DNA from: Eremomyces bilateralis CBS 781.70
Taxonomy: Eukaryota
NCBI GenBank assembly: GCA_010015585.1
Contig: ML975165.1
Length of the DNA: 64,000 bases
Strand: one strand, 5' to 3'
The translations under genes were made by a program, and so were the position numbers. A model generated the notes under the pieces. That model did not search any database and was not told the origin of the DNA. It saw nothing but the letters and a program-made list of their open reading frames with translations. Below, piece by piece: positions 1 through 10,289 of this stretch (its first letter is position 1; each line of letters starts with the position of its first letter).

Positions 1-2150
1 CCTTCGAGTTGACGTCAGCTTGGCCCGTCTCGAGCAGCAGTTTGACGATGGCCTCGTGCCCGTTCTCAGCGGCCCACGATAGCGGTGTCCAGCCGGACCA
101 GTCCTTCGAGTCGACGTCGACTTGACCCGTCTCAAGCAGCAGCTTGATGATGGCCTCGTGCCCGTTCTTAGCGGCCCACCACAGCGGCGTCTGGCCGGAG
201 CTGTCCCTCGAGTCAACGTCGACTTGACCCGTCTCGAGCAGCAGTTTGACGATGGCCTCGTGCCCATTCTCAGCGGCCCATGACAGTGACGTCTGGCCAG
301 AGCGGTTCTCCGAGTCAATGTCGACTTGGCCCGTCTCGAGCAGCAGCTTGNNNNNNNNNNNNNNNNNNNNNNNNNNNNNNNNNNNNNNNNNNNNNNNNNN
401 NNNNNNNNNNNNNNNNNNNNNNNNNNNNNNNNNNNNNNNNNNNNNNNNNNNNNNNNNNNNNNNNNNNNNNNNNNNNNNNNNNNNNNNNNNNNNNNNNNNN
501 NNNNNNNNNNNNNNNNNNNNNNNNNNNNNNNNNNNNNNNNNNNNNNNNNNNNNNNNNNNNNNNNNNNNNNNNNNNNNNNNNNNNNNNNNNNNNNNNNNNN
601 NNNNNNNNNNNNNNNNNNNNNNNNNNNNNNNNNNNNNNNNNNNNNNNNNNNNNNNNNNNNNNNNNNNNNNNNNNNNNNNNNNNNNNNNNNNNNNNNNNNN
701 NNNNNNNNNNNNNNNNNNNNNNNNNNNNNNNNNNNNNNNNNNNNNNNNNNNNNNNNNNNNNNNNNNNNNNNNNNNNNNNNNNNNNNNNNNNNNNNNNNNN
801 NNNNNNNNNNNNNNNNNNNNNNNNNNNNNNNNNNNNNNNNNNNNNNNNNNNNNNNNNNNNNNNNNNNNNNNNNNNNNNNNNNNNNNNNNNNNNNNNNNNN
901 NNNNNNNNNNNNNNNNNNNNNNNNNNNNNNNNNNNNNNNNNNNNNNNNNNNNNNNNNNNNNNNNNNNNNNNNNNNNNNNNNNNNNNNNNNNNNNNNNNNN
1001 NNNNNNNNNNNNNNNNNNNNNNNNNNNNNNNNNNNNNNNNNNNNNNNNNNNNNNNNNNNNNNNNNNNNNNNNNNNNNNNNNNNNNNNNNNNNNNNNNNNN
1101 NNNNNNNNNNNNNNNNNNNNNNNNNNNNNNNGAGTCGACGTCGACTTGGCCCGTCTCGAGCAGCAGCTTTACGATGGCCACGTGCCCGTTCTCAGCGGCC
1201 CACCACACCGGTGTCTGGCCGGAGCGGTCCTTCGAGTCGACGTCGACTTGGCCCGTCTCAAGCAGCAGCATTATGACGGCCTCGTGTCCGTTCTCAGCGG
1301 CCCACCACAGCGGTGTCTGGCCTGAGCCGTCCTTCGAGTCGACATCGACTTGGCCCGTCTCGAGCAGCAGCTTGACGGTGGCCTCGTGCCCGTTCTCAGC
1401 CGCCCACGATAGCGGCGTCCGGCCGGACCAGTCCTTCGAGTCGATGTCGACTTGGCCCGTCTCGAGCAGCAGCTTGACGATGGCCTCGTGACCGTTCTCA
1501 GCGGCCCACCACAGCGGCGTCCGGCCGGAGCGGGTTTTCAAGTCGACGTCGACTTGACCCGTCTCGAGCAGCAGCTTGACGATGGCCTCGTGCCCGTTCT
1601 CAGCGGCCCACCACAGCGGCGTCTGGCCGGAGCTGTCCCTCGAGTCAACGTCGACCTGACCCGTCTCGAGCAGCAGTTTGACGATGGCCTCGTGTCCGTT
1701 CTCAGCGGCCCACGACAGCGGCGTCTGGCCGGATCCGTCCTTCGAGTCGACATTGACCTTGCCAGTATCGAGTAGCAGCTTGATGATGGCCTTATGCCCG
1801 TTTTTAGAGGCCCATGACAGCGGCGTCTGGCCGGAGCTGTCCTCCGAGTCAACGTCGACTTGGGCCGTCTCGAGCAACAATTTGACGATGGCCTCGTGCC
1901 CGCTCTCAGTAGCCCACGACAGCGGCGTCCGGGCAGAGCTGTCCCTCGAGTCGACGTCGACTTGGCCCGTCTCGAGCAGCATCTTGACGATACCATCGTG
2001 CCCATTTTTAGTGGCCCACGACAGCGGCGTCCGGATATAACTGCTATCCTTCGAGTTAACATTGACCTTGCCAGTATCAAGCAGCAGCTTGACGATAGCG
2101 TCATTCCCGTTCCCGGCGGCCCACGACAGCGGCGTTCGGCCGTCGTTACC
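1..2150 (-). repeat. Tandem 102-bp ankyrin-coding repeat array with high internal nucleotide identity
   Basis: Ten units are readable between 1132 and ~2150 and about three more in 1-350. The motifs GTCGACTTGGCCCGTCTCGAGCAGCAG and GCGGCCCAC recur every 102 nt. Confidence 0.95.
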
Positions 2151-3566
2151 CTTCGAGTTACCACCAACGCTTGTGGTTGAAAGCAAATGCCTAGCAATCA
2201 CTACGTGTCCTTCTTTCGCTGCTTTTAACAGAATCCCAACTCCACCATTATTGTTCCAGTTCGGGTAATTTGATTCGAAGAGATGACTGAAGATATCTTG
2301 ACACACTGTCCTAGTGCTTTTTTGGATACTGCGATTCTCCTTAGAGTTCTTCGAAAAGGTTATAAATGCTTCCATTTCTCCTCCGGTCGAGATGCGCGTC
2401 CTTCTAGCTTGGGCATGACCAATAATTGTAGAGCGTGTTATACAGAGAAACTTTAATGCTTCGGACGAAATGGTCGATCGATTGACTCTATCCAAAACAA
2501 TGAATGGAAGGAAGGGTAAATTCTCAAAAAAAATATCCAATGTCCATCGCGGAGCACTGAACACGGGGCGATTGACCCTAACTCCGAAAGAAAGGAAAGA
2601 TATAATATCCTGAACAAGGTCCTGCTCACTAATCTCGTAGCTCGCTTCAAAATTCCCGTTGGTAATATCACTCGCAATACCAAGGAAAGCATAGATCTTG
2701 TCCCTCTGTTCGGTCGTTTTACTGTCGCGAAATTTAAGGAGAAGCGCAAAGAGATCCCGTTCTAACGTCCACCAGGAGTCTTTTCTCTCTCTTAAGAATC
2801 CGGGCATAACATTTAGTAGAGGCTCGATTGGAGATATCTCAACGGATTTTTCAAGCATCCAGGAGAGAGACGAAAAAATCCCTGCTGAGACCGACTTCTT
2901 CCCACACATGATAGTAGCGCTGCGGGCAAGAGCAATTTCCTGGACGATCCAGGCTCTCTGGTACCATTGCCTTTGGAGAAGGTCTCGAAAGCCATCAACT
3001 GCTTCTTGATGATGGACATTGATTCTTAAGAGAGATTTCGATCTTAGATCCTCCTGCTGTCCTACACCAAATTTGTCAAGCACATCTGCAAGATAATTTA
3101 GGGAGTCCATGGCAATATTGGTTTGCTCGGTGTCTTCTCCAAGCCAAACGACCACCCCTTTTGCTCCTTGAAAAATGCTCTTCATCAAATTCACTTGATG
3201 GCCTCTTTCTTTATTATTATTCTGATCAATACAGATTGCATCTACCCAGAACGTTCGGGCGGAATCCTGGTTTCGAAGGGATTGTAATGCCAAGTGCAGA
3301 TTCGGTCGAATCGTCATCCTCTCGTTGTTGACAGTGATTTCGGTCGAACCTTCCCCCTCCCCCCAAACGTAAGAGAGTGCTTCATATGGCTTCTGATCAG
3401 CATCTTTAATCTCGAAATCCATGAGCTCACATCGAATCTTGCCATCAGGGTCGCCTGGAAGAAGTTCTAGAAGACGAACCACTGCCTTCTTCTCCGGCAG
3501 TGATGAGTACTGGAAACCAAAACTTTGGACTGGTGGGCTAACATCAGAGAGTACTTTCATGGACAT
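1..3566 (-). CDS. HET-domain (HET-6-like) protein with C-terminal ankyrin repeat array; 3' end runs off the window and is interrupted by an N gap
   Basis: N-terminus has HET hallmarks: RLLELLPG, YEALSYVWG, NLHLALQSLR, FWVDAICIDQ, ERGHQVNLMKSIF, VVVWLG, WYQRAWIVQEIALA. From ~2150 down there are 34-aa ankyrin units (DSKDxSGxTPLxWAAENGHEAIVKLLLETGQVDV). Positions 349..2 translate open as three more units. Confidence 0.92.
351..1131. other. Assembly gap (781 N) inside the ankyrin array
   Basis: Run of N flanked on both sides by the same repeat. Confidence 0.99.
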
Positions 3567-4124
3567 GATGTTTTACAAGCTGCTTCAGGATTGTGCTAGG
3601 CAGCTCGGTTGTTCAAGAATACTAGATTCTGACTGGCAGTGTTGCAGAACGGCATGTAGAACCAGGTTGATACCTTAGTAAGTGCCTCCCTTGCTCTGCC
3701 TCAGCCTTGTGGCCTTGGCGGTGATCGTGATCCGGCGTGGTTGGTGATTGACTCTCGTCTTTGGAATCATTATTAGGAATGAGCGTTATACTCCCACTAT
3801 TTCTCGATAATAGTCGTTATCCCGGCAATGTGGAGTGTGATTATAAATAGAAGGTAGTGAGGCAGGCCCAAGCTGCGGGCAATAGAATTTAGAAATTCCT
3901 TACCAGTTACCACTCACCGTTGCTAATCCAGGTCACCCAAAAGCAGCAAAACGGGAAGCGCAGCAAGTCCACATATTCCCTAATCATGGTATGTGGTGAA
4001 CGACGGCACATTGCGGATGAAGATTCATCATAACCCCAGACTCCAGTATCGTAACCAGAATGATGCATAATCATCGGTCTGTTATTAAATACCTATATGA
4101 AACTTAATGTTACATGTATAATAT

Positions 4125-7100
4125 CTAAGCGTAGTACCTAGGCTCATCGAAGACATGATATCTGTGACCCTTCACGCCCTCTCCACGGAACAATGCCGGA
4201 AATCGCATGTCTTCCGGAACGTGATCTTCGGATATATGCTCGTCGGAGCCCTCCGGTTGACCAACAACGAACTTCCCAACCTGCACATCATTAGCATGCG
4301 TTACGGAAAAAGATGCTGCATGTGAAAAGGGGGATTAAATGACAGCGTACCTGCAACTCGGTATCGGTAATCGTCCCTCGACTCAGTCGAGCATACCCAA
4401 TCCTCTTCAACCCCTTATACAACACATACTCGCACCACCGATCCCAATCCGTATGATCAATATCCCTCATGCCACTTACCTCCCCGACATACGTGTTATA
4501 GTTCCCCTGCTTTGGCGTGGTAACCAGATAACTCAGTAAGATCACCGGACGCGTCGTCACCGAGCCCATCAAGTTCGATAGGTACTCGGTCTGCAATCGC
4601 CGGTCTTCCGGGTCCTCTTCTTGCCCGGAATGGAATACCACCACATCGACCAGCTCCCCGTACGCATCGAGCGTGGCGTGGATGGCGGGGGCTAATTCAC
4701 CGACAGGGCTAGGTAGGAGGTGATGCGTGCTGTTGACGATGGGGAACTTGCTGAGAAGTGCGGCACCCCATGTGTGTTTATCAGGGCCCGGGCCGTAATC
4801 CACGTACATGCCGAGCTCTTCGGCGAGATACTGCGTGGTATCGCGGTTGCCCATGATGACCCGCTGGAGATCCGACTCGAGCAGTCCAATAACGTCGAGT
4901 TCCATGTTTTTAAGCAGGTATGCCATGCGGCGAGACGAATCCCACATGTCGTTGTCGAGAGAGAAATGGACGGTCCAGATACCAGCGGTCAGGACATTGG
5001 AGTCGGGATGGTAAGGAGTGTAGTCGTACGTTGGGAAACGGAGGTACGCGACCGCGATCGCAAGGAGCTGCAAACCACCCAGGATATAGATGTAGAAACC
5101 GCGCTGCCTTCGTGCTGTCGGAGACGTCTGCGCAGGCTTTTTTGGCTTCTTTGAAGGTGCTGCAGCACGTGCGGTGGCCTCGTAGACTCCGGCCCCGATG
5201 CAGAGCATGGTGACCGCCACGACCCAATCCGTGTGCTCGCGCATCAACGGTCCGCCTGGAACGAACGCGTAGGCCACGACCCAGACGTGGGCGAGGACAA
5301 GGATATTGTAGATCAAGAAGCCGAACCCGAAGGTAGATGCGTATGCCCTTTGGTGGACGGCAGACCGAATCAAGACGGGCGCAATGGCCATGATATAGGT
5401 TGCAATAGCCAGTGCACCGTAGTACCCAGTCCAGTCATCGAATGCAACCAATGCAGCTGCACCAATGGATCCAATCCCGTAGAAGGTCCAGCTTCGCGCG
5501 ATACCGGGTACCATCACCCCAAATAGCAGTCCCACCCCCATCGCGATGATCGTGTAGGCACCATGTGGAGATGCCAAGGGGCCATTGACCGGATAACCGC
5601 TCCAGACCCAGAGGGTCATCGTGCTGGAATCCGATAGGAGGGAGTGCATCGAAAACATGACTCCCGCAAAGCCGAGTCCAGCCAATGCGGGGGAACCGGG
5701 CTTTCCCCCAGTTCGCGGCGGGACCGGATAGAATTTGTCCGAAGTGTCGTCCCTTGTGGAACGCAGGATGGAAAGAACGGCGAATAGGAGGCCAATTTTG
5801 TTCCAGCCACCGTTAGTCTCGTTGACAACAGGCCAAATGGGGTTGTTCGTGTGCCATGCGAATTTCGCAATGCTAGACATTATCAGGCCGAGGCAGAATG
5901 CGGAGATGCGCGATTCAAGACGGTATGCAGGCTTGCTTTCAGCGGCGCCAAAGGTACAGACCCAGGCAAGGCAAGACATACCGACGCCAAATGCAACGGC
6001 AAAGAGTCGGTATGTGGGATCTTTGAGCAGCCAAGCTAGCAGGCCGGATAAAGAGAGAAGATGGAGGACGCGCACGTTGCGGAAGAAGAGGTTTCGAATG
6101 GCTCTCGGACCAAGGATGTATGGAGTCAGAGTACAGACGATAAAGGCTTCGAAACCAGAGATACCCATGTGCCACAATGGGAAGTACCAAACGCAAAGTC
6201 CAAGCGAGGTCAACATTGACCAGAATACAAACTGTAACCGATGTAAGCTTCATTTATTGACAAGATGGAAAGTACATACCCCATTGTAAACATCTGCAGC
6301 AGCATCGAAGGCTACGGGCCAGGAAAAACCAGCAGATATGACCTGGGCAGCCGGTTTGGCTTTCCTATATATCTACTCAGCATAGGATCGAGGGGAATGG
6401 GGAGAAAGGCTTACTGCTTCTCCAGAACAGCATCCGCAAGGCGGTTGTCGGCACTGTGGAACCAAAGCGCGTTATTAAATTTCCTTTCATTGCTATTTAC
6501 TTCGGTAGCCATGGAACATACCCTCTTGTAATGCCTCGGATATCTTTGACAACGACCTCAACGCCGTCAAAATCCAGCATTGTGACGGCATCGAATCCAA
6601 CGTCAAGTAAGACAAGCGCCCACTCAAAGAAGGCATAGATCGTATACGCTGAAGCAAAAGTCAGTATCTCTCAATAACGAATCGATCTGGCGTGATCGCT
6701 TTACCTCCTGCCACCTTATGCACTTTATGCTGAATGAAGAAGTATATCAGGGGTACAATCGTCCCGAAGAACGCGGTCGCGAACCGCTTCCTCCACCTGA
6801 TAGCTTGAGGGTTTTGCGGACTGAGAGCTAGGCAACCCAAAGTCCACGGCACCGTAGCGACCAAATACGAGATCATGAAGATATCGTGCCAATTGTGATC
6901 ATCGGTAGACGTCACGTATGTCCACCCGCCGCACGTAAGGGTTCTGAAAATGCCCACTCCGGCCACGAAGTTCGAAAGGGATGAGTTTGGTCGTTTGGTC
7001 AGGACGTACCAGAGCGCTACGAGCGCGAATCGGGGCCCTGAATCCGGTTAGATATGCCAGAATTCGTATCGTAAACCGCTATTACCGGAGGTTATGGCAA

Positions 7101-7543
7101 TGAAGAGTTGGAATACCGATCGTTCGGGGTATCGGTCGCCAATCGTCGCAGACACTGAGGGGAACCATTCTTCCGGGTATCCCTAGATGTATGTATTAGC
7201 AAGTATAGCTAGGTATTCACCCCAACTGCTAGACTTACCCAGTGCTCATTCTGCACAATCTTTTCATAATGCAGAGCTCTAGTTGCTATAAGATTCTGGT
7301 GAGGGTATAGGCAATGGGATAACATACATTCCCACGATCAAAGCCCCAACAAACGCCGCTGCCTTTGTCAGTATATCTAGCTCATGGAATTGTGAAGATG
7401 CCTATTCCGTACAATATGCAGCGATCGTATGTGCCCCTGATATCCATTTCCCTGAGAACTGCCAGCTGTCAGCTTGGACAAGCCATAGAACGGGGAATGC
7501 GTACCGAAGCAACCACGTCGCCGTCCCGAGATATTGGGGCCAT
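4125..7543 (-). CDS. CWH43: Cwh43 GPI-lipid remodelling protein (Frag1/PGAP2-like N-terminus, multi-TM region, exonuclease/endonuclease/phosphatase-like C-terminus); multi-exon
   Basis: Spliced start [28 protein letters not shown]. Motifs [61 protein letters not shown] and [14 protein letters not shown]. Ends [14 protein letters not shown]. Confidence 0.93.
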
Positions 7544-7901
7544 CTCACAAGAGACTCAAGGTCTTACAGACCCATAGAAGAAGACAATTAAAAAGGAAAG
7601 CAAAGGAGCGTAGAGAAGGGTTGGAACGTTAAAGACGCGTTGTTGATGGACAGCGAGCGTGAGATCGGATGAACGTGAACTGTCGTGAACATCTCCTGAG
7701 TGAAATCCAAGCTGTCAACTGTCAAGGGACCCACGTCAGGCGGCAAGTCGGAGGTGGCTTCATCAGCCCTACATCTTTTGTCTATCGTGTTCGCTAACCA
7801 AGGGAGTGAGCTACTTTGAATATCAATGCTTTACAAGTTGCATATCACTACCAATTGAGGCCCAGCAAGTCTTCCCGACCCATCTAAGCTAAACATCCAC
7901 A

Positions 7902-9260
7902 ATGGCAGACGAAGAACCCTCCTATATCGACTATGAAACCTTCCTGGACCCCGACTTCTCACCCACCTCTTTCGCCAATACTCTCGTCCTCTCGACCAAC
8001 GACACATCCGACACGCCGCTGGACCTCTCCACCCCTCTTTCTCGCGTCCTCTTCGACGTCCAGGAGATCGACACCCATATCGACACCCTGACCACCAAGT
8101 CTGCCGTTCCCCTTCTCAAGTACTCCATTGACCAAGATGAAGCGGCGGGGAAAGTCCTTGGCGAGGTGGAAGCGCAGGTAGCGAGCTTGACCGAAGCATA
8201 CACAACCCTAGAGAAAGAGGTGATCGAGCGCCATGAGGCAGCCGAGCAAGTGCGTCTTGCAGCCGATCGACTGTGCGAGACGGTTCAAATCCTTCGAGCT
8301 GTCACACGTTGCTTGACCCTGGGTCGACAGCTTGATGGGCAATTATCCGAAGTCAACGGCACGAGTAAAGATGGGAGCGGCAACAAGAAACCCGAGCATC
8401 GCGCGATGGTTCGCTGTGCAAACACCATTCTCCTCTTCCGGCAGCTCTACAGTGCCTCTGAGCCCGGAGAAGAAGGCCAACACCTGGGCCGCATCAAGGT
8501 GATCGTCACTCTACGCAACGACCTCATCCTCGCCGCCGAACGGTCGATCCTCTCCCGCTCCCAGCAAATCGTCCGGGAATTTTCCATGTCGACCCTCCTC
8601 TCCAGCACGTCCCAAACGGGCGCCAACACGTTCTCGCAAACCGACGACACCCGCTCGAAAGCCACCGCCGCGCTCCTCTCGCTCTACCTCCTCTCCCCAA
8701 CCACCCGAGCGACGACAGCGGAGACGTTCGACCCGAAACTGCTGCTCTCCGCCCTGCAAGACTACCTCCAGACATCCCTCAAGTCATCCCTCGCCAGCCT
8801 CTCCCGCTCTCTCGCAACATTGCCAACCCTCGACCGCACCCTTCTCGAGATCTCCGCCCGCTGCCAGAACATCGTCGCCCTAGAAGCCCTCCTCGAATCC
8901 ATCAAACCACCCTCCCACCCACACTTCCCCACTTCCCCCTCCACCCCCCCGAACTTCCTCGCCCCCCTCCTCACCTCCCTCGACACCGCCTCCCTCCCCT
9001 CCTACTTCTGGCGCTCCCTCGCCTCCTCGCTGTCGTCGCGCGTCCAGGAGATCATGTCGCGCGGCGGCGTGTCGGCACGGACGCTGCGGACGAATAGCGA
9101 CCGGGTCAGGGCGGCGATTCGGGGGTGCGTGAATCGTGGGAGCCAGTTGCCGACTGCGGCGGCGGGGTTGGCGGCGAGTGGGAAGGGGAGGACAGGGGAG
9201 GGGCATTGGGAGAGGGAGGCGGCGGTGATGGTGGGGGCGGTGATTGGGTCGATGAGATGA
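7902..9260 (+). CDS. COG5: Conserved oligomeric Golgi complex subunit 5
   Basis: Intronless 452-aa ORF. N-terminus SYIDYETFLDPDFSPTSFANTLV..LDLSTPLSRVLFDVQEIDTHI and the motif LPSYFWRSLASSL are typical of fungal Cog5. Confidence 0.88.
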   Translation: MADEEPSYIDYETFLDPDFSPTSFANTLVLSTNDTSDTPLDLSTPLSRVLFDVQEIDTHIDTLTTKSAVPLLKYSIDQDEAAGKVLGEVEAQVASLTEAYTTLEKEVIERHEAAEQVRLAADRLCETVQILRAVTRCLTLGRQLDGQLSEVNGTSKDGSGNKKPEHRAMVRCANTILLFRQLYSASEPGEEGQHLGRIKVIVTLRNDLILAAERSILSRSQQIVREFSMSTLLSSTSQTGANTFSQTDDTRSKATAALLSLYLLSPTTRATTAETFDPKLLLSALQDYLQTSLKSSLASLSRSLATLPTLDRTLLEISARCQNIVALEALLESIKPPSHPHFPTSPSTPPNFLAPLLTSLDTASLPSYFWRSLASSLSSRVQEIMSRGGVSARTLRTNSDRVRAAIRGCVNRGSQLPTAAAGLAASGKGRTGEGHWEREAAVMVGAVIGSMR

Positions 9261-9419
9261 GGGATGGTATCGAGTTTTCGCTCTCACAACGTATGTTCTA
9301 TGGATTTCCCCAACCATATGTGTGGATGTATGGGTATATGAGGAGTCTGATCCTGCCTCCATGCCAGAAATTCATTGTGTTGGAACTAATCTTCGCCAAC
9401 AACTCTATTCTTTTGCTGT

Positions 9420-9990
9420 CATTTCCATAAGCTCACCTATCTCGGGTATCCGCAATCTCCCAGATATACGAAGAGAGTCAAGATATAGACCAATAAAATG
9501 GGGTTGTCGTTGAATTCAAACAATAGTAACAATTTGCACTTCCGAATCCCGAAAATGATAAGACCAAGAGGAAGATCATTGGTCAGGTCACAAATCTATG
9601 ATTCCTGGGCGCTAGTAACTCCGACCTCGACAGAAACAAGAGACAATATCCGTGATCAAAACGAGACTCCTCAGGGGAGCAGAACAGTGGTACGCAGGAT
9701 TAATCATGCTCGTAGGCAGGAAGATCGTGCACAATCCGTACATTCGCGGACACCCAAGACCAGGACGGCCGGCGACTTTCCAACGGCTCAGTTATCAATT
9801 CGTGTTGGGGCCTCCCCATCAGGTCTCTTGCGATGTCGTCTTCCCAGACTAGCCAAATGCCGTCCGTCCTCTAAAGTGACCGATAGATCCATAGTGCCTG
9901 ACGAGGCCAGATAGGGAGGGAAATTTGTCACCGGGGGCGGTCAGACCTGACTGGAGAGTAGTAAATAATATTTTAGGTTAGCTGGTATTC
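9420..9990 (-). pseudogene. Degenerate fragment of a HET-domain gene (C-terminal part of the HET/TOL-type family)
   Basis: Minus-strand translation gives LTAPGDKFPSLSGLVRHY (~9891-9944). After a frameshift it gives WEDDIARDLM...RRPSWSWVSANV (PSWSW at 9754-9768). The order matches the family pattern LTxxxDKLPALSGLA...GLWxxDLxxxLLW...PSWSWAS. Stops and frameshifts surround these motifs. Confidence 0.7.
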
Positions 9991-10150
9991 CTGCGGCTAT
10001 GGAGTCCGTCGTACTGTAAAGGCCGCACTTTATGGCAACGGATCCCTCAACTAAGACCCTCAGACCGGCCTAAACTTTGAACAGAATCCTACCTCTCCGT
10101 CTCCGAAATATAAGATCCAAATCCAACGATCGTCCGCAGAACGCCAAATG

Positions 10151-10204
10151 AAATTTCCCCATGCCAATTTCCCTATGCCAATTTCCCCATACCAATTTCC
10201 ATCC
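10151..10204. repeat. Short tandem repeat, 14-bp unit AATTTCCCYATRCC (about 3.5 copies)
   Basis: aaatttccccatgcc aatttccctatgcc aatttccccatacc aatttccatcc, ~90 nt downstream of the metacaspase stop. Confidence 0.8.
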
Positions 10205-10289
10205 CTTTTCTGATCCCTACGGCCGTATATACATGAACCTTCCGCTGCAAGGGTCGCTTCCATTCGACAGGGATATACATATCGGGCCG

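Noticed and set aside
315..350. Apparent stop of the HET-ankyrin ORF at 315
   Set aside because: The gap length is an estimate and shifts the frame. Another frame continues as intact ankyrin repeats to the window edge.
1..2150. CRISPR-like regular repeats
   Set aside because: The period is 102 nt with no unique spacers, it encodes ankyrin units, and the genome is eukaryotic.
246..2268. Plus-strand ORFs over the ankyrin array and ORFs spanning the N run
   Set aside because: They are antisense shadows of a GC-rich coding repeat, or are inflated by N codons.
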